In this document: piece after piece, positions 9,345 to 15,918 of the stretch
How positions within the stretch are numbered: position 1 is the stretch's first letter
Layout: each line of letters opens with the position of its first letter
Source of the DNA: an uncultured Candidatus Saccharibacteria bacterium
Lineage (GTDB): Bacteria > Patescibacteriota > Saccharimonadia > Saccharimonadales > 2-12-FULL-41-12
Reading direction: 5' to 3'
DNA length: 64,000 nucleotides
NCBI GenBank assembly: GCA_964648105.1
Contig: CAZYMH010000004.1
Coordinates: 70,083-134,082, forward strand
Position numbers and translations under genes: made by a program
The notes under the pieces: model-generated
Databases searched by the model: none
What the model was told of the DNA's origin: nothing
What the model saw: only the letters and a program-made list of their open reading frames with translations

Positions 9345-10127
9345 ATGAAAATAGAAACAAATGCGGAGATTTTACCAAATATCTCTCGGTCAAGATTGGC
9401 AGCAAGTACTTGTATTGCTGCGTTAGCATTTACGCCATTACTTAGCACGTCTGCCGAAGCGGCGGTACCTTGCCCTAAGCCTGCCAAAATCAAACAAGTA
9501 TCTGAAGGCTGTAAATCGTACCTAATGAAAGTACTCAAACAATCTGTTTATGACGATTTACCCGACGCTAGCCAGCCATATCTTAATCACGCGGTTTTAA
9601 CCTATCAAAAACTAGCAAATAATGGTCTTGTCGAAGACGGTGTGCTAGGACCATTAACCGCTAGATCAATTTTGTCAGGAATCGGCCTAAGTCCGCCTTC
9701 TCCAGACCCACAACAGAGCGGGGCCGAAGTTTATATCGACAAATCTGACCAAGTTATGTATTTTCTCAGAAATGGAGTGGTTAAGAATGTGTTTTCAGTC
9801 TCTACAGGTACTGAGCAAGCCTACCCCGCAACTTACAAAACTGACCCGCAATCAGGTGTAAGAGTGAAAGTTGCCGAAGCAGGAATTGGCGATACGCCAA
9901 CTGGATTATTTAGCGTGCAGTATAAGGCTGGCCCGAATGAAGAAGGGCCTTTAGGCAAGATGCCCTTTGCCAATTATTTCCGCCAAGGTGGCTTTGCAAT
10001 CCATGCTGGCTACGTTGACGCCAATGGTCGTGACAGTCACGGCTGCGTGAGAGTAAATCCTCAGACAATGATAAATATCGTTAATCCTCGACTAAAAATT
10101 GGCACGCCAGTAAAAATAGTCGAATAA
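9345..10127 (+). CDS. L,D-transpeptidase (YkuD domain) with a peptidoglycan-binding domain and signal peptide
   Basis: HGCVRV catalytic motif near the C-terminus. A PG_binding-like segment (LVEDGVLGPLTARSI) and a signal-like segment (AASTCIAALAFTPLLSTSAEA) are present. The start was moved to the internal ATG (MKIETN); the track ORF 9210-9344 extension is hydrophobic junk overlapping the promoter. Confidence 0.85.
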   Translation: MKIETNAEILPNISRSRLAASTCIAALAFTPLLSTSAEAAVPCPKPAKIKQVSEGCKSYLMKVLKQSVYDDLPDASQPYLNHAVLTYQKLANNGLVEDGVLGPLTARSILSGIGLSPPSPDPQQSGAEVYIDKSDQVMYFLRNGVVKNVFSVSTGTEQAYPATYKTDPQSGVRVKVAEAGIGDTPTGLFSVQYKAGPNEEGPLGKMPFANYFRQGGFAIHAGYVDANGRDSHGCVRVNPQTMINIVNPRLKIGTPVKIVE

Positions 10128-10156
10128 AAACTTACCTTAAAAGCAAGTAGAATCTC

Positions 10157-10180
10157 TCACCTTCACGCATTTTTTTGGTT
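10157..10180. repeat. left 24-bp direct repeat (att-like) of the island
   Basis: TCACCTTCACGCATTTTTTTGGTT is identical to 12853-12876. Thirteen nt (ACCTTCACGCATT) are identical to tRNA-Leu gene positions 12958-12970. Confidence 0.9.
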
Positions 10181-10869
10181 CAGCTTAAAAACGTTTTTTT
10201 GGGATTGAAATTGTTAGGTTTTTTAAGTTGACACCATATATTCTCAATTTTATGTCGCAACTCACTCAGTGTCCCATTGTTGATAACATTAAATTCGGCT
10301 GACCATTGGCTTATCTGATATTCGCTTAGTAGGTTTGAACTACCATCTCTATGGAGACTTACTACTGAGCCACTAGAGCGTGTAACAACTTGCTTGTCGG
10401 CAACGGTACGGATACCACCGATAGTTACTAGTTCTATGCCTGTTACTTTAGCAGTAGAAACTTTACTATATACGATATCACTCCATACATTTGGCGAAAT
10501 AAGTTGAATTGCACTCCGTCCAATCCATTCAAGTAATGGGCGGTGCAAGGTTTTTGTTTCCAGTGATAAGTTACGAACTATTGAACCTTCAGATATTTTT
10601 CTTGCATATGCTTCATTAAGTGTTAACAAATCATCTTGTGTAGGGTTATTTATACTCGAGATGCCGAGTACTTTCAGCAATTCACTCCTTTGTGATGTAA
10701 TATCTGACGCATCATCAGGAATAGCGTTCAGCCACATTTGCCCAGCCTCAATAATAGGGTCTGAAAACTCAATATGTTCATGTCGGGATAGTTGAGCAAT
10801 GTCAATGAGCATATTAGCCGCGGTCGTTTTTCCACTACCTGCTGCACCCCCAAAGCCTACAACGTACAC
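10180..10869 (-). CDS. P-loop NTPase, dNMP-kinase-like (229 aa)
   Basis: Walker A GAAGSGKT at residues 9-16. A later IGGIRTVADKQVV...GSVVSLHR segment resembles the core of dNMP-kinase-type proteins. The GTG start overlaps the upstream stop by 1 nt (TAGTG). The TGA stop abuts the left direct repeat. Confidence 0.65.
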   Translation of the reverse strand: MYVVGFGGAAGSGKTTAANMLIDIAQLSRHEHIEFSDPIIEAGQMWLNAIPDDASDITSQRSELLKVLGISSINNPTQDDLLTLNEAYARKISEGSIVRNLSLETKTLHRPLLEWIGRSAIQLISPNVWSDIVYSKVSTAKVTGIELVTIGGIRTVADKQVVTRSSGSVVSLHRDGSSNLLSEYQISQWSAEFNVINNGTLSELRHKIENIWCQLKKPNNFNPKKTFLS

Positions 10870-12116
10870 TACATTCCTACTTCGCTCGGCAAAGTCTGCA
10901 ACATGAATTCCTCTGGCTGCTCTGTGAATATAATCCGCTTGCCAAGTGCATGTGCGTATCCTATCTCAATAAGAGCAGAGGCTCCGACGTAGCCGCCTGA
11001 AGCACACACGACAAGTGCATCACAATCATTTATCATATCTAGATGATATCGCTCCAGTTCAAGTGGAGACATACCTTCTTCACCTTCAAATACCACGAAT
11101 TCCTCTCCAGGATTCTTTGAGTCTTCAAATCGAGGACTCAGTATTTCTACTCGTTGCGATGAAAGTTTCTGTTTAATAGCCAATATATAGGGTAAATGCT
11201 TTCGAAAACTACCTGATAGTACCACTGTACGATACTCTTGCTTTGCGGTACCGTGAATCATATTTAAATCTGATGGGACTAATTTTTTAACGCTGAAATG
11301 TTCGATGATTGCCTGTGCTATCGCTGAACAAGCTCGAGCACCATGCATCCACAAAGGGTCACTCGGCATGAGCAACTCTAACTCTTTGAGTGATATATGC
11401 TCATATACTTCTTGATTTTTGATAGCGAAATCTTTAGGAATGATGAAATATGGATGGTCATAATCCTGGAAGATATCATTAGGTCGCAAATTATACCTTA
11501 CAAGCCGCATATATGTAAGCTCGCCCCCATTATATATTGCGACAGGTGTCTCTATAGAACTTTGAGGTAGAAGCTTTTTAATAGCGTTAACTACTTGGAT
11601 CAAACTGTGACCAGAATAATTCTCATTAAGCCTTGGAAACTCTTCGAGCACTGAACCAACACCAATCTCAAGATAATATCGCTCCAGCACTTCACCGTGC
11701 AATTTGACAATCAGCTCTGTCGAGCCTCCGCCAATATTTATAAGTAGGATTGGTGTATCAGATACGTATTCCGAGGATAGTGCTTTTTCTAGATAAAAAC
11801 CCTCAAGTTCATGGCTCACGATGTTGAAATATAACCCTGTTTCTCGGAAGAAGTCATCAGATAACTTTCGTTTTGCCAACAATGTCATCTTGCGAAAGAG
11901 AGCGGTCGCGAAAACTTTTATTGTCTCGCCGTCATGCTTCTTTTTAATATCCTTTACATAATCAATCAATTCATCTTTATTGGCTTTTATAATTCCTTTT
12001 GCGGGAGCAAATCCCTCCTTGAAGTGAAAGCTTTTAGTTCCTAGAAGAGCTAGGCCTTTGTCTGAAGATTTATATACCTTAACTGTTGATGATCCGATGT
12101 CTATATAGATTGCCAT
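10869..12116 (-). CDS. Ppx/GppA-like ASKHA phosphatase fused to a C-terminal nucleoside 2-deoxyribosyltransferase/DNPH1-like domain
   Basis: Ppx/GppA motifs are present: IYIDIGSSTVKVY, FATALFRKM..ETGLYFNIVSHELEGFY and LLINIGGGSTELIV. The C-terminal ~120 aa (VVLSGSF...CDALVVCASGGYVGASALIEIGYAHALGKRIIF) follow the NDT-fold pattern. I prefer the ATG at 12116 because AGGAG lies 11 nt upstream. The track ORF starts at the GTG at 12128. Confidence 0.7.
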   Translation of the reverse strand: MAIYIDIGSSTVKVYKSSDKGLALLGTKSFHFKEGFAPAKGIIKANKDELIDYVKDIKKKHDGETIKVFATALFRKMTLLAKRKLSDDFFRETGLYFNIVSHELEGFYLEKALSSEYVSDTPILLINIGGGSTELIVKLHGEVLERYYLEIGVGSVLEEFPRLNENYSGHSLIQVVNAIKKLLPQSSIETPVAIYNGGELTYMRLVRYNLRPNDIFQDYDHPYFIIPKDFAIKNQEVYEHISLKELELLMPSDPLWMHGARACSAIAQAIIEHFSVKKLVPSDLNMIHGTAKQEYRTVVLSGSFRKHLPYILAIKQKLSSQRVEILSPRFEDSKNPGEEFVVFEGEEGMSPLELERYHLDMINDCDALVVCASGGYVGASALIEIGYAHALGKRIIFTEQPEEFMLQTLPSEVGM

Positions 12117-12139
12117 ATAATTTAGCACTCCTTCTCATC

Positions 12140-12190
12140 AGTATATCATACTCATATACTCATGTGATACATTTGAGTAACGTGTGTTAC
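12140..12190. promoter_or_regulatory. divergent promoter/operator region of the island
   Basis: Inverted repeat AGTATAT-N7-ATATACT at 12140-12160. Tandem 8-mer ATACTCAT ATACTCAT at 12148-12163. Palindrome GTAAC-GTGT-GTTAC at 12177-12190. A TATACT -10-like hexamer lies at 12155-12160. Confidence 0.45.
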
Positions 12191-12191
12191 A

Positions 12192-12785
12192 GTGGATACT
12201 ATGAAAGATAGTCTAAACGTGCACTTCATAGCTCCAAAATCTAATATAGAGGAAGAAATCGAATACTTTCGGGCAATCGTAAATGCGATTCACGCTCGAG
12301 GTCACACACTTGCAAAAGACTGGCTTGAACCAGGATATTTACTACATACAAATAAGAGACCTCACGAGATCATCGACTGGGCTACTTCTTGCAGGGCAAA
12401 TATTGAGTCTATTCCGTCTAGCGACGTCGTAATAGTGGAATTGTCAACAAAAAGTTTTGGCGTAGGTTATCAGACTGGCCTTGCAGTCTCACAAAAGAAA
12501 CCAACACTACTACTCAGGAGAGAAGGAATCTCTAAGGAAGCATTCTTGGGGGGATTGGACAACCCTTACGTTACAAAGGCTGAATATAGACTAGAGACTA
12601 TAGATAGCATTATCGGAGCTTTTTTAGAAAATGATGACGACGAGATCAAAGACATCCGTTTTAACCTTCTTATTGACAGAAAACTTAATAGTTATCTTAA
12701 GCAGACTTCATTGAAAACAGGTAAGACTAAGGCTGAGATTATCCGCGAGCTTCTGAAGGGTCAACTCGAAAAAAACAACCAATGA
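12192..12785 (+). CDS. NDT/DNPH1-like domain protein with a C-terminal ribbon-helix-helix-like tail (197 aa)
   Basis: VHFIAPK..., then SDVVIVELSTKSFGVGYQTGLAVSQKKPTLLL, which follows the NDT/DNPH1 pattern with Gln where the family Glu is expected. The C-terminus KTKAEIIRELLKGQLEK looks RHH-like. The start is either GTG 12192 (track) or ATG 12201. Confidence 0.65.
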   Translation: MDTMKDSLNVHFIAPKSNIEEEIEYFRAIVNAIHARGHTLAKDWLEPGYLLHTNKRPHEIIDWATSCRANIESIPSSDVVIVELSTKSFGVGYQTGLAVSQKKPTLLLRREGISKEAFLGGLDNPYVTKAEYRLETIDSIIGAFLENDDDEIKDIRFNLLIDRKLNSYLKQTSLKTGKTKAEIIRELLKGQLEKNNQ

Positions 12786-12809
12786 TATTGAAACTTCTTT
12801 TTTAAATTA

Positions 12810-12858
12810 GCTTTCAAGAGTGGACTCCCTTGCAGACTGCCACTGGCAGTCTTCACCT
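12810..12858. repeat. 49-bp repeat element with hairpin, copy 1 (inside the island's right end)
   Basis: GCTTTCAAGAGTGGACTCCCTTGC + AGACTGCCACTGGCAGTCT + TCACCT. The same element occurs at 13180-13228, where the hairpin arms differ by compensatory changes. Confidence 0.85.
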
Positions 12859-12876
12859 TCACGCATTTTTTTGGTT
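12853..12876. repeat. right 24-bp direct repeat (att-like) of the island
   Basis: Identical to 10157-10180. Confidence 0.9.
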
Positions 12877-12902
12877 TGGTTCAAATCTGTCGCCACCCCA
12901 CT

Positions 12903-12932
12903 AAAATAACCTGCTTTACAGCAGGTTATTTT
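12903..12932 (-). terminator. candidate intrinsic terminator downstream of tRNA-Leu
   Basis: Perfect 12-bp inverted repeat AAAATAACCTGC-N6-GCAGGTTATTTT, beginning 3 nt after the tRNA 3' end. A T-run forms the 3' end of the stem on the minus strand. Confidence 0.5.
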
Positions 12933-12935
12933 AGT

Positions 12936-13020
12936 TGGTGCGGATGAAAGGACTTGAACCTTCACGCATTGCTGCACTAGTTCCTAAGACTAGCGTGTCT
13001 ACCAATTCCACCACATCCGC
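12936..13020 (-). tRNA. tRNA-Leu (anticodon UAG), type II with long variable arm, CCA encoded
   Basis: The reverse complement is GCGGATGTGGTGGAATTGGTAGACACGCTAGTCTTAGGAACTAGTGCAGCAATGCGTGAAGGTTCAAGTCCTTTCATCCGCACCA. Folded by hand: acceptor GCGGATG/CATCCGC, anticodon stem CTAGT/ACTAG, loop CTTAGGA, T-arm GAAGG-TTCAAGT-CCTTT. Confidence 0.93.
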
Positions 13021-13022
13021 TT

Positions 13023-13060
13023 AAAATAATATTATAAAGGTTTGAGTTTTATTTGAAAAG
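13023..13060 (-). promoter_or_regulatory. tRNA-Leu promoter region (copy 1 of a 38-bp repeat)
   Basis: The minus strand reads CTTTTCAAATAAAACTCAAACCTTTATAATATTATTTT. TATAAT (13036-13031) lies 10 nt before tRNA +1. The identical 38-mer recurs at 13267-13304. Confidence 0.6.
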
Positions 13061-13116
13061 TATTTGGTTATCTTTCGTGAAAAGGTTTACTTACATACAA
13101 CCATTGGCTGTCTTCG

Positions 13117-13264
13117 CCTTCACGCATTGCTGCATTAGGTCACGTTCCGCGACCCCGTCGCCACATCTTTGAAAGCACAGCTTTCAAGAGTGGACTCCCT
13201 TGCGAAATGCCACTGGCATTTCTCACCTAAGACTAGCGTTCCTACCAATTCCACCTTCGTCCGT
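13117..13264 (-). pseudogene. tRNA-Leu remnant: the 5' half and a variable-arm/T-stem fragment, separated by an ~85-nt insert
   Basis: 13226-13255 matches the D-arm and anticodon-stem region of the tRNA gene (CCTAAGACTAGCGT, CTACCAATTCCACC). 13117-13136 (CCTTCACGCATTGCTGCA) matches 12959-12976. There is no T-loop and no 3' acceptor strand, so it cannot fold as a tRNA. Confidence 0.7.
13180..13228. repeat. 49-bp repeat element with hairpin, copy 2 (inside the tRNA-Leu remnant)
   Basis: GCTTTCAAGAGTGGACTCCCTTGC + GAAATGCCACTGGCATTTC + TCACCT. The flanks are identical to copy 1, and the stem differs at three base pairs, all compensatory. Confidence 0.85.
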
Positions 13265-13266
13265 AA

Positions 13267-13304
13267 AAAATAATATTATAAAGGTTTGAGTTTTATTTGA
13301 AAAG
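13267..13304 (-). repeat. duplicated tRNA-Leu promoter (copy 2 of the 38-bp repeat)
   Basis: Perfect 38/38 identity with 13023-13060, located directly upstream of the tRNA remnant. Confidence 0.85.
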
Positions 13305-13307
13305 GTT

Positions 13308-13844
13308 TTAACCTCGTTCAGCTTTATAAATATAAAGGGTGCTATCACCATAAGATTTTGACTCTAGTAATTTACAGCCATTGAATGGGTACCAATCGGC
13401 TTTTTTGGGAAAAGATAAGATTAATAGTCCATTGTCTTTCAGGTGTTTAGGCAAGACTTTTAAGTCACGGAGCGGTAAGTTGTCGTATGGTGGGTCAGCC
13501 ACAATAATATCGAATAACTCTGATGCATGCCGAGTAGACCACGCGTTTAAGTACGCTCTAACTGGCGTTATTTTATCTTCAACACCAAGAGATTTAATAT
13601 TTTTGTCAATTATCATATGGGCTTTTTTATCAACTTCGATTGATACAACTTTACTCGCTCCGCGGCTGATTGCCTCAAGACCGATTGCACCGCTACCCGC
13701 AAAAGCATCTAAAATGCTTAGCCCCGAAATATCACCCAAAATGCCGAAAATTGCCCCACGCATTTTCTCGCTCATCGGGTGCGTTCGATGCCCATGAGGA
13801 CTTTCGAATATTCGACCACCTAAATTTCCAGATATTATTCTCAT
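13308..13844 (-). CDS. rsmD: 16S rRNA (guanine966-N2)-methyltransferase
   Basis: 178 aa with RIISGNLGGR, the SAM-binding segment LDAFAGSGAIGLEAISRGA, and the DPPY motif. Confidence 0.88.
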   Translation of the reverse strand: MRIISGNLGGRIFESPHGHRTHPMSEKMRGAIFGILGDISGLSILDAFAGSGAIGLEAISRGASKVVSIEVDKKAHMIIDKNIKSLGVEDKITPVRAYLNAWSTRHASELFDIIVADPPYDNLPLRDLKVLPKHLKDNGLLILSFPKKADWYPFNGCKLLESKSYGDSTLYIYKAERG

Positions 13845-13874
13845 TTAGAAATATTATACAACTTATAATCTGAG

Positions 13875-15914
13875 TTAGTTTAAATTAGTAATGCTCCTAG
13901 TTCGTTGAATTTCTTGATTGAGATGCGGATATTTACTTAAATCAAGATTCGATTTAAGGCATTTTTGGGCTGCTAATCTAACTCTGGCTACTAATTTTGT
14001 ATCTGAAATATTGGCAATTCTAAGATCTAACTGACCAGACTGGGCAACACCGTAAATTGCTCCAGGGCCACGTAATTCTAAATCTAACTCAGCTAGCTTA
14101 AAACCATCATTTATTTGAGCCAAACTTTCGATTCTCTGTGGTGGTTGCTTACTATCACTCATAATAAAATAACAAAAAGAGTCGAAATTACCACGACCAA
14201 CTCTACCCCTTAATTGATGTAACTGAGCAAGTCCGAATCTCTCAGCTGCCTCGATCATCATAACTGTTGCGTTTGGCACATCAACACCGACTTCTATTAC
14301 AGTAGTCGAGATTAAGATATCTAGTTCATGATCGATAAATTTAAGCATAATTTCATCTTTTTGGTCCGATTTCATTTTGCCGTGGAGTAAGCCAATACGA
14401 TATTTTTTTAGAATTGTTTTGTGGAGATTTTCGTAAACTTCTTCGGCCGATACTGCCCCAATTAAGTCACTTTGAGTAATTAGTGGACAAACGACAAACA
14501 TCTGTCGCCCAGCAGCTAATTGCTTATCGATAGTCTGATACATAGTTTGGCGTGAATTTGGCGAAATAATTTGTGATTTGATGGGCTGGCGGCCAGCAGG
14601 CATTTCATCTAATACCGACACGTCAAGTTCCCCGTAAACAGTTAATGTCAGTGTCCGTGGGATTGGTGTGGCCGTCATATTAAGGATATGAGGTAAAAAT
14701 TTAGCCTTAGCTTGGAGTTTTTTACGCTGCTCCACACCAAATCTGTGTTGTTCGTCGATTATTATCAGTCCAAGGTTATTAGTGATTACGGAATCAGTTA
14801 TAAGAGCATGGGTGCCAACAATTAAATTTACTTGTTTTTGCTTGATTAGCTCGTGCGAACGCATTTTATCAGTTTTTTTGAGGCTTCCAACTAATAAACC
14901 TACTTCTTGGCTCATACCAATATTACTGAGGAGCTTTTGCAGATTTTGATAATGTTGACGAGCTAAAATCTCGGTGGGAGCCATAAAAGTAACTTGATAG
15001 CCAGCCTTCATCACCATAATCGCTGACATAGCTGCTACCAGTGTCTTACCAGAGCCTACATCACCCTCAACCAATCGATTCATCGGCGTTTTATTTTGCA
15101 TATCCTTATATATTTGCCAGATGACTTTTCTTTGAGCGTTAGTTAACTCAAATGGTAGTGATGACACGAATTTTTTTGCTAAATTCTGATCAAATTTTAC
15201 TTCAATACCAGAAGCAATCGAGAACTGCTGTTTATTGAGTAATGAGGCATAGACCAGCACGAATAACTCATCAAAACTTAATCGTTCTTTGGCGGCTTGA
15301 AGCTGAGTCGAATCTTTCGGGTAGTGAATCCAGCTGATCGCGTCCGAATATTTGATTAGGTTATTTTCTTTAACGACATTGATAGGCAAGATTTCTGGAA
15401 GTTTATTAATATCTGGTTGAAGTTCGGCAATTACTTTGCGAATTTGAGTAGACTTGAGACCTTTGGTTTCTTTGTATATTGGGATTATCCGAGCAACATT
15501 AACTTGAAAAGTTTTTTCTTTTTCGATTGTTGGATTGATAATATTAAGTCGCATTTTATTGAACTCAAATTTACCCGCCAGTAGATACTCGGTTGATTTA
15601 TCGATATATTTTTCGCGGTAAGGTTGGTTGAACCAAACTATTTTGACCGAACCAGTAGGATCAGAAAATATTGCCTCAGTGATATGCATGCCACGTCTGA
15701 CATATCGGCCAGTTATTGATTTAAAATGACCCTTCAGTACGGCTATTTGACTCGGTTTTATTTTGTTAATGGTAACTACATTTGAATAATCATCGTACCG
15801 TCTAGGGTAATAATTTACTAGGTCACGACATGTCAAAACGCCTAATATACGAAACTTTGATGCTAAATGATCACCTACGCCTTTTACGTCTATGAGTGAA
15901 CGGTTAAGGGACAT
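13875..15914 (-). CDS. recG: ATP-dependent DNA helicase RecG
   Basis: 679 aa. An N-terminal wedge/OB region is followed by helicase motifs GDVGSGKT, DEQHRFG and QLRGRVGRG. Confidence 0.93.
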   Translation of the reverse strand: MSLNRSLIDVKGVGDHLASKFRILGVLTCRDLVNYYPRRYDDYSNVVTINKIKPSQIAVLKGHFKSITGRYVRRGMHITEAIFSDPTGSVKIVWFNQPYREKYIDKSTEYLLAGKFEFNKMRLNIINPTIEKEKTFQVNVARIIPIYKETKGLKSTQIRKVIAELQPDINKLPEILPINVVKENNLIKYSDAISWIHYPKDSTQLQAAKERLSFDELFVLVYASLLNKQQFSIASGIEVKFDQNLAKKFVSSLPFELTNAQRKVIWQIYKDMQNKTPMNRLVEGDVGSGKTLVAAMSAIMVMKAGYQVTFMAPTEILARQHYQNLQKLLSNIGMSQEVGLLVGSLKKTDKMRSHELIKQKQVNLIVGTHALITDSVITNNLGLIIIDEQHRFGVEQRKKLQAKAKFLPHILNMTATPIPRTLTLTVYGELDVSVLDEMPAGRQPIKSQIISPNSRQTMYQTIDKQLAAGRQMFVVCPLITQSDLIGAVSAEEVYENLHKTILKKYRIGLLHGKMKSDQKDEIMLKFIDHELDILISTTVIEVGVDVPNATVMMIEAAERFGLAQLHQLRGRVGRGNFDSFCYFIMSDSKQPPQRIESLAQINDGFKLAELDLELRGPGAIYGVAQSGQLDLRIANISDTKLVARVRLAAQKCLKSNLDLSKYPHLNQEIQRTRSITNLN

Positions 15915-15918
15915 ACTA

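Larger units (their letters stand above)
10157..12876. mobile_element. tRNA-Leu-associated genomic island or integrated-element remnant (three genes, no recombinase)
   Basis: Perfect 24-bp direct repeats at both ends contain a tRNA-Leu fragment. The tRNA-Leu gene lies 60 bp beyond the right repeat, and further tRNA-Leu debris lies at 13117-13264. Confidence 0.6.

Noticed and set aside
10157-10180. The 24-mer as simply a shared intrinsic terminator, because of its T7 run.
   Set aside because: At the left copy there is no stable hairpin immediately upstream of the T-run. At the right copy the nearest hairpin ends 13 nt before it. The match to tRNA-Leu and the bracketing of an island fit att-like repeats better. 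A terminator role is not excluded.
12122-12130. A third TTAGCACTC (CIRCE half-site) at the start of island gene B.
   Set aside because: No GAGTGCTAA partner lies 9 nt away. The 9-mer overlaps the RBS and first codons (GGAGTGCTAAATTATATG on the coding strand). It is most likely a chance half-site.
13137-13225. Interpreting the ~85-nt insert in the tRNA-Leu remnant as a tRNA intron (group I or BHB type).
   Set aside because: It is far too short for a group I intron. The downstream part lacks a T-loop and a 3' acceptor strand, so splicing could not yield a tRNA. The insert is the same repeat element found at the island end, which fits recombination debris better.
12786-13307. The repeat-dense 520-bp ORF-free region as a possible CRISPR array.
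   Set aside because: The repeats are of different kinds (24-mer, 38-mer, 49-mer, tRNA fragments). They are not regularly spaced short repeats with unique spacers, and no cas genes are present in the window.
10157-13307. Search for an integrase, transposase or excisionase in or next to the island.
   Set aside because: None of the ORFs, in any frame that I translated, shows tyrosine- or serine-recombinase or DDE motifs. The element is therefore called a remnant or non-autonomous island rather than an intact integrative element.
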